This document shows positions 9,001 through 17,489 of a stretch of DNA of 23,516 nt, in pieces. Position 1 is the stretch's first letter. Every line of letters begins with the position of its first letter. The stretch comes from a virus (taxonomy: Duplodnaviria > Heunggongvirae > Uroviricota > Caudoviricetes): IMG/VR virus record IMGVR_UViG_2585427772_000010. One strand, written 5' to 3'. Under the pieces are notes generated by a model, which was not told the origin of the DNA, ran no database searches, and was given only the letters and a program-made list of their open reading frames with translations. The translations under genes and the position numbers were made by a program.

Positions 9001-9918
9001 ATGGATTATACGAGCTATATAATAGGACAGCTTCAGGTTGAGGATATTATTGATGCAATTAAAGGCGTTAATAATACTAATGTCATAAAAGATTATGTGC
9101 TGCCTGTAGTATTACCAATTATATCTTCTGTGCTGAGTTACTTTATTGCAACTAGGTTGTTTTATCGGCAGGAGGACCTTAAAGCACAAAGAAGAAAGGT
9201 AAGCGTTGTAAATAAATGTATTTATGACTACTTTTCTGCAATGACAACGTTGTTGCAAATTAAAGGGAATTATTATGGTGGGGTAAGTATAAGTGAAAAT
9301 CCTATCGAGAGGGCTTTAGCTTTTCCTGTTGTGGTTTTTTCTGGTGCTCCTCTATCATCAGATTTAAGTGAGTTGGCCTGTATATTGAGTCAAAAGGGAG
9401 TAGGGAATAATAGAGAGCCAGCAAAGACTACTAACTGGGGGGATGCTTTTGCTGTTAGTGATATAGCAAGAAGGTTTAACAGCCTATTGGCTGCATTAAA
9501 TGTTAGGAATGATTTTGATGACACCTATAGAGGAATGATTATTGAATCAACAGGTTCACCTTTGCCTACGATGCGTTTTAAAAATGATGATATTGTTAAT
9601 GCTATAGGTAGTAATAAGGCAGCTTATTACATTGATATTACTGAGCAAATAATGATTATGATAGATGTTTTGTTGCTTGATATTAATCTGTTGCTCAAAG
9701 AGTTGCCATTGTATGCTGAATCGCTGTTTGACAAAAGAGTAATGCAAGAAGATTCAGGGATTCTTAAATTCAATGATTTGCACGAACGTTTTCCTCTACT
9801 TATGAAACCTGTAACGCCACCTTCGATTAAACTCATGTCTGATTATTTGGGGTACAGTGAAGATGAGATCTTACGACGCTATCCATACCCGTTCTTTAAT
9901 ATGCATGATTGTGAATGA
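9001..9918 (+). CDS. Uncharacterised 305-aa protein with one N-proximal TM helix (cargo gene 5)
   Basis: ATG 2 nt after the lipoprotein stop (coupled); hydrophobic segment VLPVVLPIISSVLSYFIATRLF; AT-rich; no family recognised. Confidence 0.7.
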   Translation: MDYTSYIIGQLQVEDIIDAIKGVNNTNVIKDYVLPVVLPIISSVLSYFIATRLFYRQEDLKAQRRKVSVVNKCIYDYFSAMTTLLQIKGNYYGGVSISENPIERALAFPVVVFSGAPLSSDLSELACILSQKGVGNNREPAKTTNWGDAFAVSDIARRFNSLLAALNVRNDFDDTYRGMIIESTGSPLPTMRFKNDDIVNAIGSNKAAYYIDITEQIMIMIDVLLLDINLLLKELPLYAESLFDKRVMQEDSGILKFNDLHERFPLLMKPVTPPSIKLMSDYLGYSEDEILRRYPYPFFNMHDCE

Positions 9919-10021
9919 ATGTGCATATGTCAGAAGCCGTTTTTATTGTCAGTTATCGTCAGTGCTGGCGCGCTCTTGGAGTGTTCATGCAACTGCATTA
10001 AAACCGCCCCACGAAGCGGGC

Positions 10022-10040
10022 GGGCGAGGCGGGGAAAGCA
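10022..10040. other. cos site (19-nt cohesive-end sequence of P2-type phages)
   Basis: Exact GGCGAGGCGGGGAAAGCAC, which I recall as the P2/P4 cohesive end, in the expected position between the old/tin locus and Q. Confidence 0.6.
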
Positions 10041-10171
10041 CTGCGCGCTGGCGGGGGTGATGATTGTCTGAGCGCGTCGTGATGGCGTTTAGATTGTGCG
10101 CCGGGGCGTTGGTGTGTCTGCGGGGTGTTTTGTACAGTGGCGAGCGTGTGAGGGCGTGATGACGGGGGTGT

Positions 10172-10193
10172 AAAAAAGCCGCCCGCAGGCGGC
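10172..10193 (-). terminator. Rho-independent terminator downstream of Q
   Basis: GCCGCC-CGCA-GGCGGC hairpin with an A-run on the plus strand (a T-run on the minus strand) immediately 3' of the Q stop. Confidence 0.5.
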
Positions 10194-10198
10194 GATGT

Positions 10199-11233
10199 TC
10201 AGCCGTTGTCAGTGTCCAGTGAGTAGTTTTTAAAGCGGATGACCTCCTGACCGAGCCAGCCGTTTATTTCCCGAATCCTGTCCTGTAACGGGATAAGTTC
10301 ATTGCGGACAAAGACCTTTGCCACTTTCTCAATATCGCCCAGCGACCCGACGTTTTCCGGCTTGCCACCCATCAACTGAAAGGGGATGCGGTGCGCGTCC
10401 AGCAGGTCAGCGGCGCTGGCTTTTTTGATATTAAAAAAATCGTCCTTCGTGGCCACTTCACTGAGCGGGATAATTTTAATGCCGTCGGCTTTTCCCTGTG
10501 GGGCATAGAGAAACAGGTTTTTAAAGTTATTGCGGCCTTTCGACTTCACCATGTTTTCGCGGAGCATTTCGATATCGTTGCGATCCTGCACGGCATCAGT
10601 GACGTACATGATGTATCCGGCATGTGCGCCGTTTTCGTAATACTTGCGGCGGAACAGCGTGGCCGACTCATTCAGCCAGGCAGAGTTAAGGGCGCTGAGA
10701 TATTCCGGCAGACCGTACAGCTCCTGATTAATATCCGGCTCCAGCAGGTGAAACACGGAGCCGGGCGCGAAAGGTGTCGGCTCGTTGAAGGACGGCACCC
10801 ACCAGTAAACATCCTCCTCCACGCCACGGCGGGGATATTTTGCCGGGGAGGGTTCCAGTCTGATGACCTTACCGGTGGTGCTGTAACGCTTTTCCAGAAA
10901 CGCATTACCGAATACCAGAAAATCCAGCACAAAGCGGCTGAAATCCTGCTGAGAAAGCCACGGGTGTGGGATAAACGTTGAGGCCAGAATGTTACGTTTG
11001 ACGTAAATCGGTGAGCTGTGATGCACGGCAGCACGCAGGCTTTTTGCCAGACCGGTAAAGCTGACTGGTGGCTCATACCATCTGCCGTTACTGATGCACT
11101 CGACGTAATCCAGAATGTCACGGCGGTCGAGTACCGGCACCGGCTCACCAAAGGTGAATGCCTCCATTTTCGGGGCGCTGGCGGTCATTTTTTTTGCCGC
11201 AGGTTGCGGTGTTTTCCCTTTTTTCTTGCTCAT
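10199..11233 (-). CDS. Q: Portal protein Q
   Basis: 344-aa ORF, same length and position as P2 Q; start ATG overlaps the P stop (TGATG). Confidence 0.9.
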   Translation of the reverse strand: MSKKKGKTPQPAAKKMTASAPKMEAFTFGEPVPVLDRRDILDYVECISNGRWYEPPVSFTGLAKSLRAAVHHSSPIYVKRNILASTFIPHPWLSQQDFSRFVLDFLVFGNAFLEKRYSTTGKVIRLEPSPAKYPRRGVEEDVYWWVPSFNEPTPFAPGSVFHLLEPDINQELYGLPEYLSALNSAWLNESATLFRRKYYENGAHAGYIMYVTDAVQDRNDIEMLRENMVKSKGRNNFKNLFLYAPQGKADGIKIIPLSEVATKDDFFNIKKASAADLLDAHRIPFQLMGGKPENVGSLGDIEKVAKVFVRNELIPLQDRIREINGWLGQEVIRFKNYSLDTDNG

Positions 11234-11795
11234 CAGTAAAACTCCAGAATGGTGGATGTCAGCGGGGTGCTGATACCGGCGGTGAGTGGCTCATTTAACA
11301 GGGCGTGCATGGTCGCCCAGGCGAGGTCGGCGTGGCTGGCTTCCTCGCTACGGCTGGCCTCATAGGTGGCGCTGCGTCCGCTGCTGGTCATGGTCTTGCG
11401 GATAGCCATGAACGAGCTGGTGATGTCGGTGGCGCTGCGTCCGCTGCTGGTCATGGTCTTGCGGATAGCCATGAACGAGCTGGTGATGTCGGTGGCGCTG
11501 ACGTCATATTCCAGACAGCCACGGCGGATGACGTCTTTTGCCTTGAGCACCATTGCGGTTTTCATTTCCGGCGTGTAGCGGATATCGCGTGCGGCGGGAT
11601 AGAACGAGCGCACGAGCTGGAACACGCCGACACCGAGGCCGGTGGCATCAATTCCGATGTATTCGACGTTGTATTTTTCGGTGAGTTTGCGGATGGATTC
11701 CGCCTGAGTGGCAAAGTCCATGCCTTTCCACTGGTGACGCTCAAGTATTCTGAATTTACCTCCGGCCACCACCGGCGGTGCCAGCACCACGCATC
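11233..11795 (-). pseudogene. P: Terminase large subunit P, C-terminal fragment only, carrying an in-frame 63-bp tandem duplication
   Basis: Only ~185 codons remain of a gene that is ~590 codons in P2; the reading frame runs into the K fragment on the other strand; the upstream promoter and N-terminal part are absent. Confidence 0.8.
11368..11493. repeat. Perfect 63-bp tandem duplication (2 copies) inside the P remnant
   Basis: 11368-11430 and 11431-11493 are identical; the 10-mer GGTGGCGCTG precedes each copy and a partial third GGCGCTG follows; encodes a duplicated 21-aa segment (SATDITSSFMAIRKTMTSSGR). Confidence 0.9.
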
Positions 11796-11797
11796 CG

Positions 11798-12250
11798 GCG
11801 CTGGCCGTGTCCGAAGGGACGGCGAATCATCCGCTGACGAAAAACCGGGGCTATGACGTGATAGTCACCGGACTGGACGGAAAGCCGGAAATTTTCACCG
11901 ACTACAGTGACCACCCGTTCGCACATGGTCGACCGGCGAAGGTGTTTAACCGTCGCGGTGAAAAATCCACGGCCTCCGGTCGCTATCAGCAGCTTTACCT
12001 GTTCTGGCCGCATTACCGCAAACAGCTTGCCCTGCCGGATTTCAGTCCGTTGTCACAGGACAGGCTCGCCATTCAGTTGATCCGCGAACGCGGTGCACTG
12101 GATGACATCCGGGCGGGACGCATTGAGCGCGCCATTTCACGCTGTCGCAATATCTGGGCGTCCCTGCCGGGTGCCGGTTACGGTCAGCGTGAGCATCCAC
12201 TGGAAAAACTGGTCACCGTCTGGCGTACCGCCGGCGGCGTACCGGCTTAA
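11798..12250 (+). pseudogene. K: Endolysin K (lambda R-like lytic transglycosylase), 5'-truncated
   Basis: Translation (SEGTANHPLTKNRGYDVIV ... IWASLPGAGYGQ) aligns with lambda R from about its residue 17 onward; the catalytic-Glu motif SEGT is retained but the N-terminus, RBS and upstream holin gene are missing. Confidence 0.75.
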
Positions 12251-12264
12251 ACGGAGTAAACACC

Positions 12265-12690
12265 ATGAAGAAATTATCCCTTTCACTGATGCTGAATGTG
12301 CCGCTGGCGCTGATGCTGGCACTGTCCCTGATTTACCCGCAGAGCGTGGCCGTCAGTTTTGTCGCCGCCTGGGCGATTCTGGCGACGGTTATCTGTGTGG
12401 TTGCCGGTGGTGTCGGCGTGTATGCCACTGAGTATGTGCTGGAACGCTACGGGCGGGAGCTGCCGCCGGAATCGCTGGCCGTGAAGATTGTCACGTCGCT
12501 GTTTTTGCAGCCGGTGCCGTGGCGCAGACGGGCAGTAGCTCTGGTGGTGATGGTGGCGACGTTTATCTCGCTGGTCGCTGCCGGGTGGATTTTTACCGCG
12601 CTGATTTATCTTGTGGCGTCGCTGTTTTTCCGGCTGATACGTAAAGCCTGCCGTCAGCGTTTTGAGGGGCGGGAACCATGTCAAAGCTGA
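12265..12690 (+). CDS. lysA: LysA (membrane protein of the P2 lysis cassette)
   Basis: 141-aa strongly hydrophobic multi-TM protein directly after K, as in P2. Confidence 0.8.
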   Translation: MKKLSLSLMLNVPLALMLALSLIYPQSVAVSFVAAWAILATVICVVAGGVGVYATEYVLERYGRELPPESLAVKIVTSLFLQPVPWRRRAVALVVMVATFISLVAAGWIFTALIYLVASLFFRLIRKACRQRFEGREPCQS

Positions 12691-13103
12691 TGATTGTGCT
12701 GGTTGTGCTGTTATCGCTGGCGGTGGCGGGGCTGTTTCTGGTGAAGCATGAAAACGCCAGCCTGCGCGCCTCGCTGGACAGGGCGAACAACGTCGCCAGT
12801 GAACAGCAGACGACCATCACCATGCTGCAAAATCAGCTTCATGTTGCCATCACCAGGGCAGACAAAAACGAGCTGGCGCAGGTGGCACTGCGTCAGGAAC
12901 TGGAGAACGCCGCGAAGCGTGAAGCACAGCGCGAGAAAACCATCACGAGGTTACTTAATGAAAACGAAGATTTTCGCCGCTGGTATGGCGCTGACCTGCC
13001 TGATGCTGTGCGCCGGTTGCACCAGCGCCCCGCCTGCACCGACGCCAGTGATTGTCGCCAACGCCTGCCCGAAAGTGAGCCTTTGCCCGATGCCGGGCAG
13101 TGA
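12678..13103 (+). CDS. lysB: LysB, Rz-like inner-membrane spanin
   Basis: 141-aa ORF with N-terminal TM helix followed by coiled-coil-like region; overlaps lysA stop. Confidence 0.8.
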   Translation: MSKLMIVLVVLLSLAVAGLFLVKHENASLRASLDRANNVASEQQTTITMLQNQLHVAITRADKNELAQVALRQELENAAKREAQREKTITRLLNENEDFRRWYGADLPDAVRRLHQRPACTDASDCRQRLPESEPLPDAGQ

Positions 13104-13248
13104 CCCGGAGACGAACGGCGATTTAAGTGCCGATATCCGGCAGCTTGAGAACGCGCTGGCACGTTGTGCCAGCCAGGTAAAAATGATTAAACACTGTCAG
13201 GACGAAAACGATGCTCAAACCCGACAGCCTGCGCAGGGCGCTGACTGA
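12958..13248 (+). CDS. lysC: LysC, Rz1-like outer-membrane lipoprotein spanin, embedded in +1 frame of lysB
   Basis: Internal ATG at 12958 of track ORF 12748-13248 gives MKTKIFAAGMALTCLMLCAGC... with lipobox LCAG-C and a proline-rich mature region; starts inside lysB and extends beyond it. Confidence 0.7.
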   Translation: MKTKIFAAGMALTCLMLCAGCTSAPPAPTPVIVANACPKVSLCPMPGSDPETNGDLSADIRQLENALARCASQVKMIKHCQDENDAQTRQPAQGAD

Positions 13249-13678
13249 TGCCGTCACGGTGCTGAAAACTAACCCCGATATGCTGCGGATATTCGTGGAT
13301 AACGGGAGTATTGCCTCCACACTGGCGGCGTCGTTGTCATTCGAAAAGCGTTACACGCTCAATGTCATTGTGACCGACTTTACCGGTGATTTTGACCTGC
13401 TCATCGTGCCGGTGCTGGCGTGGCTGCGGGAAAATCAGCCCGACATCATGACCACCGACGAAGGCCAGAAAAAGGGCTTCACGTTTTATGCAGACATCAA
13501 CAATGACAGCAGCTTTGATATCAGTATCAGCCTGATGCTGACCGAGCGCACGCTGGTCAGTGAGGTTGACGGTGCGCTGCATGTGAAGAATATCCCGGAA
13601 CCTCCGCCGCCGGAGCCAGTCAATCGCCCGATGGAGCTTTATATCAATGGTGAACTGGTGAGCAAGTGGGATGAATGA
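13211..13678 (+). CDS. R: Tail completion protein R
   Basis: 155-aa ORF, same length and position as P2 R. Confidence 0.85.
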   Translation: MLKPDSLRRALTDAVTVLKTNPDMLRIFVDNGSIASTLAASLSFEKRYTLNVIVTDFTGDFDLLIVPVLAWLRENQPDIMTTDEGQKKGFTFYADINNDSSFDISISLMLTERTLVSEVDGALHVKNIPEPPPPEPVNRPMELYINGELVSKWDE

Positions 13679-14123
13679 GTTTAAGCGTTTTGAAGACCGA
13701 CTGACCGGACTGATTGAATCGCTGTCACCGTCTGGGCGTCGGCGACTGAGTGCAGAACTGGCGAAACGTCTGCGGCAGAGTCAGCAGCGTCGGGTGATGG
13801 CACAGAAAGCTCCGGACGGCACACCCTACGCACCACGCCAGCAGCAGAGCGCCAGAAAAAAGACCGGTCGCGTTAAGCGAAAAATGTTTGCGAAACTTAT
13901 CACCAGTCGTTTTTTGCATATCCGCGCCAGCCCTGAACAGGCATCAATGGAGTTTTACGGCGGGAAGTCACCGAAAATCGCCAGTGTGCATCAGTTCGGT
14001 CTGTCGGAAGAAACCCGGAAAGACGGTAAGAAAATTGATTATCCGGCGCGTCCTCTGCTCGGCTTTACCGGTGAGGATGTGCAGATGATTGAAGAGATTA
14101 TCCTGGCTCACCTTGAGCGTTAG
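13671..14123 (+). CDS. S: Tail completion protein S
   Basis: 150-aa ORF overlapping the R stop, same length and position as P2 S. Confidence 0.85.
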   Translation: MNEFKRFEDRLTGLIESLSPSGRRRLSAELAKRLRQSQQRRVMAQKAPDGTPYAPRQQQSARKKTGRVKRKMFAKLITSRFLHIRASPEQASMEFYGGKSPKIASVHQFGLSEETRKDGKKIDYPARPLLGFTGEDVQMIEEIILAHLER

Positions 14124-14194
14124 TTTTATCCAGACAGAGGCTGATGCGCAATTAAACATTGAGCGGCCATGCTGGTCGCTCAATGTTTAGAGGT

Positions 14195-14980
14195 TTATGA
14201 GTGATTTTTATTTGATGCTTTGTATTCTAAAACCTTCTTATTGGCGTAAAAGAATTTTGTATATGACAGGAATATAACCAGACCTGAAGTGAAATAGACG
14301 AGGGATAGTATTAATAATGCTTTTTTGCGACTGTTATTATCTTTAATCTCCAGGCTTAACCATTCGGAGTCCTCCTCGTTTAGCTGTAAGAGCTTATTGC
14401 AGGCGATTTCAGGAAGTGTGTCTTTTATAAATACGTTTTGCAGTCTCTTGCAATCGGCAAGGCTATAAGTTTTATTAAATTCAACTGCTTTATTTTTGAA
14501 GGATAAAAGAACTTTGTCACTATAAACATAGTACATCATGTTTTTATATGGTATGCCTATGGCATCCCTTACTATAACGGATTGTTCGTTGTGTATGTAA
14601 CATGCGAGGAGAATGTAAAAAATACTGGCCAGAATTACAATTATTGTTTTAATTATGTGTGGTGGTTTTGTTATGTCACCCCAGATGCGAGTAAGGAAAA
14701 AATACGATGTTTTTAGTTTTCCATCAATCAGTCCCTGCTGTATCATTCTCACATTTTCAATGCCTGATACATTGATTCCGTTAATTATTTTAAATAGTTG
14801 AATGTCGCGCCACTCGCGGTCAAGTCTTTTTAATTTTTTGTCTGAATATCCAAAATTGAAATAATGTGCAATAAGCCTCATAAGGTTACTTTTACCAAAG
14901 CTAAAAAATGCTAATACTGCAAAGCTACAAAGGAAAAAAACGATTAGCCCCCACACATTAGTCACATTATAGCTGACCAT
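14195..14980 (-). CDS. AT-rich multi-pass membrane protein at the orf30 position, antisense to the late genes
   Basis: 261-aa ORF; AAGGAGAG 5 nt upstream of the ATG on the minus strand; about three hydrophobic helices; composition visibly more AT-rich than flanking S and V. Confidence 0.7.
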   Translation of the reverse strand: MVSYNVTNVWGLIVFFLCSFAVLAFFSFGKSNLMRLIAHYFNFGYSDKKLKRLDREWRDIQLFKIINGINVSGIENVRMIQQGLIDGKLKTSYFFLTRIWGDITKPPHIIKTIIVILASIFYILLACYIHNEQSVIVRDAIGIPYKNMMYYVYSDKVLLSFKNKAVEFNKTYSLADCKRLQNVFIKDTLPEIACNKLLQLNEEDSEWLSLEIKDNNSRKKALLILSLVYFTSGLVIFLSYTKFFYANKKVLEYKASNKNHS

Positions 14981-14989
14981 TACGCTCTC

Positions 14990-15060
14990 CTTGAATGTTG
15001 TCTGGTAGTTCTACAAATGAATCCAGATAGCATAACTTTTATATATTGTGCAATCTCACA
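14990..15060 (+). promoter_or_regulatory. Candidate late promoter upstream of V (P_V)
   Basis: Imperfect dyad TTGTCTGGTAGTTCTACAA about 50-60 bp upstream of V and an AT-rich -10-like TATATAT; P2 has an Ogr-dependent late promoter at this position. Spacing does not exactly match the TGT-N12-ACA consensus as I recall it. Confidence 0.3.
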
Positions 15061-15063
15061 TGC

Positions 15064-15699
15064 ATGAACACTCTCGCAAATATTCAGGAACTCGCGCGCG
15101 CACTGCGCAACATGATTCGCACCGGCATTATCGTCGAAACCGACCTTAACGCCGGTCGCTGCCGCGTGCAGACCGGCGGCATGTGCACCGACTGGCTTCA
15201 GTGGCTGACCCATCGCGCCGGTCGTTCGCGCACATGGTGGGCACCTTCCGTGGGGGAACAGGTGCTGATTCTGTCCGTGGGCGGTGAACTCGACACGGCG
15301 TTTGTTCTGCCGGGGATTTATTCCGGCGATAATCCCGCGCCGTCTGCGTCGGCGGATGCCCTGCATATCCGTTTCCCTGACGGGGCGGTGATTGAGTATG
15401 AACCCGAAACCAGTGCGCTCACGGTAAGCGGAATTAAAACGGCCAGCGTGACGGCTTCCGGTTCTGTTACTGCCACTGTGCCGGTGGTCATGGTGAAAGC
15501 GTCAACCCGCATCACCCTGGACACACCGGAGGTGGTCTGCACCAACAGGCTGATTACCGGCACGCTGGAAGTGCAGAAGGGCGGGACGATGCGCGGCAAC
15601 ATTGAACACACCGGCGGTGAACTCTCATCAAACGGTAAGGTACTGCATACCCATAAACACCCCGGCGACAGCGGCGGCACAACCGGGAGTCCTCTATGA
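15064..15699 (+). CDS. V: Baseplate spike/assembly protein V
   Basis: Start at internal ATG 15064 (MNTLANIQ...) of track ORF 15046-15699; 211 aa, as in P2 V. Confidence 0.85.
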   Translation: MNTLANIQELARALRNMIRTGIIVETDLNAGRCRVQTGGMCTDWLQWLTHRAGRSRTWWAPSVGEQVLILSVGGELDTAFVLPGIYSGDNPAPSASADALHIRFPDGAVIEYEPETSALTVSGIKTASVTASGSVTATVPVVMVKASTRITLDTPEVVCTNRLITGTLEVQKGGTMRGNIEHTGGELSSNGKVLHTHKHPGDSGGTTGSPL

Positions 15700-16043
15700 C
15701 AGCGCGTTATCTCGGAATGAATCGCAGTGATGGCCTGACGGTCACTGACCTTGAGCATATCAGCCAGAGTATCGGCGATATCCTGCGCACACCGGTCGGC
15801 TCACGGGTGATGCGCCGTGATTACGGCTCGTTGCTGGCGTCAATGATTGACCAGCCGCAGACCCCGGCGCTTGAGTTGCAGATTAAGGTCGCCTGTTACA
15901 TGGCGGTGCTGAAATGGGAACCCCGCGTCACCCTGTCATCCGTCACCACGGCGCGCAGTTTTGACGGGCGAATGACGGTCACGTTAACCGGTCAGCACAA
16001 CGACACCGGTCAGCCACTTTCGTTAACCATCCCTGTGAGTTGA
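15696..16043 (+). CDS. W: Baseplate protein W (gp25-like)
   Basis: 115-aa ORF overlapping the V stop, same length and position as P2 W. Confidence 0.85.
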   Translation: MTARYLGMNRSDGLTVTDLEHISQSIGDILRTPVGSRVMRRDYGSLLASMIDQPQTPALELQIKVACYMAVLKWEPRVTLSSVTTARSFDGRMTVTLTGQHNDTGQPLSLTIPVS

Positions 16044-16047
16044 AACC

Positions 16048-16956
16048 ATGCCGATTATCGACCTGAACCAGCTACCCGCACCGGATGTGGTCGAGGAGCT
16101 GGACTTTGAAACCATTCTTGCCGAACGCAAGGCGACACTGATTTCCCTTTACCCGGAAGACCAGCAGGAGGTGGTCGCCCGTACCCTGACGCTGGAATCG
16201 GAGCCTCTCGTCAAACTGCTGGAAGAAAATGCTTATCGTGAGCTTATCTGGCGTCAGCGTGTGAATGAGGCCGCACGGGCGGTGATGCTGGCCTGTGCCG
16301 CCGGTAATGACCTTGATGTGATTGGTGCCAATTACAACACCACACGCCTGATTATCATCCCGGCAGATGATTCGACCATCCCGCCGACACCGGCAGTGAT
16401 GGAATCTGACACCGATTATCGTCTGCGTATTCAGCAGGCGTTTGAAGGTTTAAGCGTTGCCGGGTCGGTGGGAGCCTATCAGTATCATGGTCGCAGTGCC
16501 GACGGGCGTGTCGCGGATATCTCTGTCACCAGTCCGTCTCCGGCCTGTGTCACTATCTCCGTGCTGTCCCGAGAAAATAACGGTGTCGCATCCGAAGACC
16601 TGCTGGCTGTGGTGCGTAACGCTCTTAATGGCGAGGACGTCAGGCCGGTGGCTGACCGTGTGACCGTGCAGTCTGCCGCCATTGTTGAATACCAGATAAA
16701 CGCCACGCTGTATCTTTACCCTGGTCCAGAAAGCGAACCCATCCGCGCCGCCGCCGTGAAAAAACTGGAAGCGTACATCACGGCACAGCACCGGCTGGGG
16801 CGCGACATCCGTCTGTCTGCCATTTATGCCGCTTTGCATGTGGAAGGCGTGCAGCGTGTCGAACTGACTGCACCGCTGGCTGACATCGTGCTCAACAGTA
16901 CGCAGGCGTCTTTCTGCACCGAATACAGCGTCGTGACCGGAGGCTCGGATGAGTGA
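16048..16956 (+). CDS. J: Baseplate protein J
   Basis: 302-aa ORF, same length and position as P2 J. Confidence 0.9.
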   Translation: MPIIDLNQLPAPDVVEELDFETILAERKATLISLYPEDQQEVVARTLTLESEPLVKLLEENAYRELIWRQRVNEAARAVMLACAAGNDLDVIGANYNTTRLIIIPADDSTIPPTPAVMESDTDYRLRIQQAFEGLSVAGSVGAYQYHGRSADGRVADISVTSPSPACVTISVLSRENNGVASEDLLAVVRNALNGEDVRPVADRVTVQSAAIVEYQINATLYLYPGPESEPIRAAAVKKLEAYITAQHRLGRDIRLSAIYAALHVEGVQRVELTAPLADIVLNSTQASFCTEYSVVTGGSDE

Positions 16957-17479
16957 TTCGCGACTGCTGCCGACCGGCTCATCACCGCTTGAGGTCGCCG
17001 CCGCAAAAGCCTGTGCGGAAATTGAAAAAACACCGGTCAGTATTCGTGAGCTGTGGAACCCGGACTCCTGTCCGGCAAATCTGCTGCCGTGGCTGGCGTG
17101 GGCGTTTTCGGTCGACAGGTGGGATGAAAAGTGGCCGGAAGCGACAAAACGCGCCGTTATCCGCGATGCCTATTTCATCCACTGTCATAAAGGCACTATC
17201 GGCGCAATCCGACGCGTGGTGGAGCCGCTCGGCTATCTCATCAACGTGACGGAGTGGTGGGAAAACAGTGACCCGCCCGGCACCTTCCGGCTTGATATTG
17301 GTGTACTGGAAAGCGGTATCACAGAGGCAATGTATCAGGAAATGGAACGGCTGATTGCCGATGCCAAACCTGCAAGCCGCCACCTTATTGGCCTGAACAT
17401 TACCCGGGACATTCCCGGCTATCTGTTCGCCGGTGGTGTGGCTTACGACGGCGATGTAATTACGGTTTACCCCGGATAA
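16949..17479 (+). CDS. I: Baseplate protein I
   Basis: 176-aa ORF overlapping the J stop, same length and position as P2 I. Confidence 0.85.
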   Translation: MSDSRLLPTGSSPLEVAAAKACAEIEKTPVSIRELWNPDSCPANLLPWLAWAFSVDRWDEKWPEATKRAVIRDAYFIHCHKGTIGAIRRVVEPLGYLINVTEWWENSDPPGTFRLDIGVLESGITEAMYQEMERLIADAKPASRHLIGLNITRDIPGYLFAGGVAYDGDVITVYPG

Positions 17480-17489
17480 GTGAGGAATA

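Noticed and set aside
10391-11151. Plus- and minus-strand ORFs of 159-196 aa overlapping portal gene Q
   Set aside because: They lie entirely within, and antisense or out of frame to, a well-supported conserved structural gene; typical spurious ORFs in GC-rich coding DNA.
11366-11493. Possible CRISPR-like repeat
   Set aside because: Only two directly abutting identical copies with no spacers; this is a tandem duplication inside a coding frame, not an array.
11305-11856. 183-aa plus-strand ORF with an internal repeated peptide, antisense to the P remnant
   Set aside because: Its repeat is just the 63-bp tandem duplication read on the opposite strand; no independent start signals; the minus-strand frame matches terminase.
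12093-12684. Alternative-frame and antisense ORFs overlapping K and lysA
   Set aside because: Overlap better-supported lysis genes; arginine- and histidine-rich GC-artefact translations.
14980-15366. 128-aa minus-strand ORF overlapping V and its promoter
   Set aside because: Arginine-rich, GC-driven frame antisense to the conserved baseplate gene V; no RBS; considered spurious.
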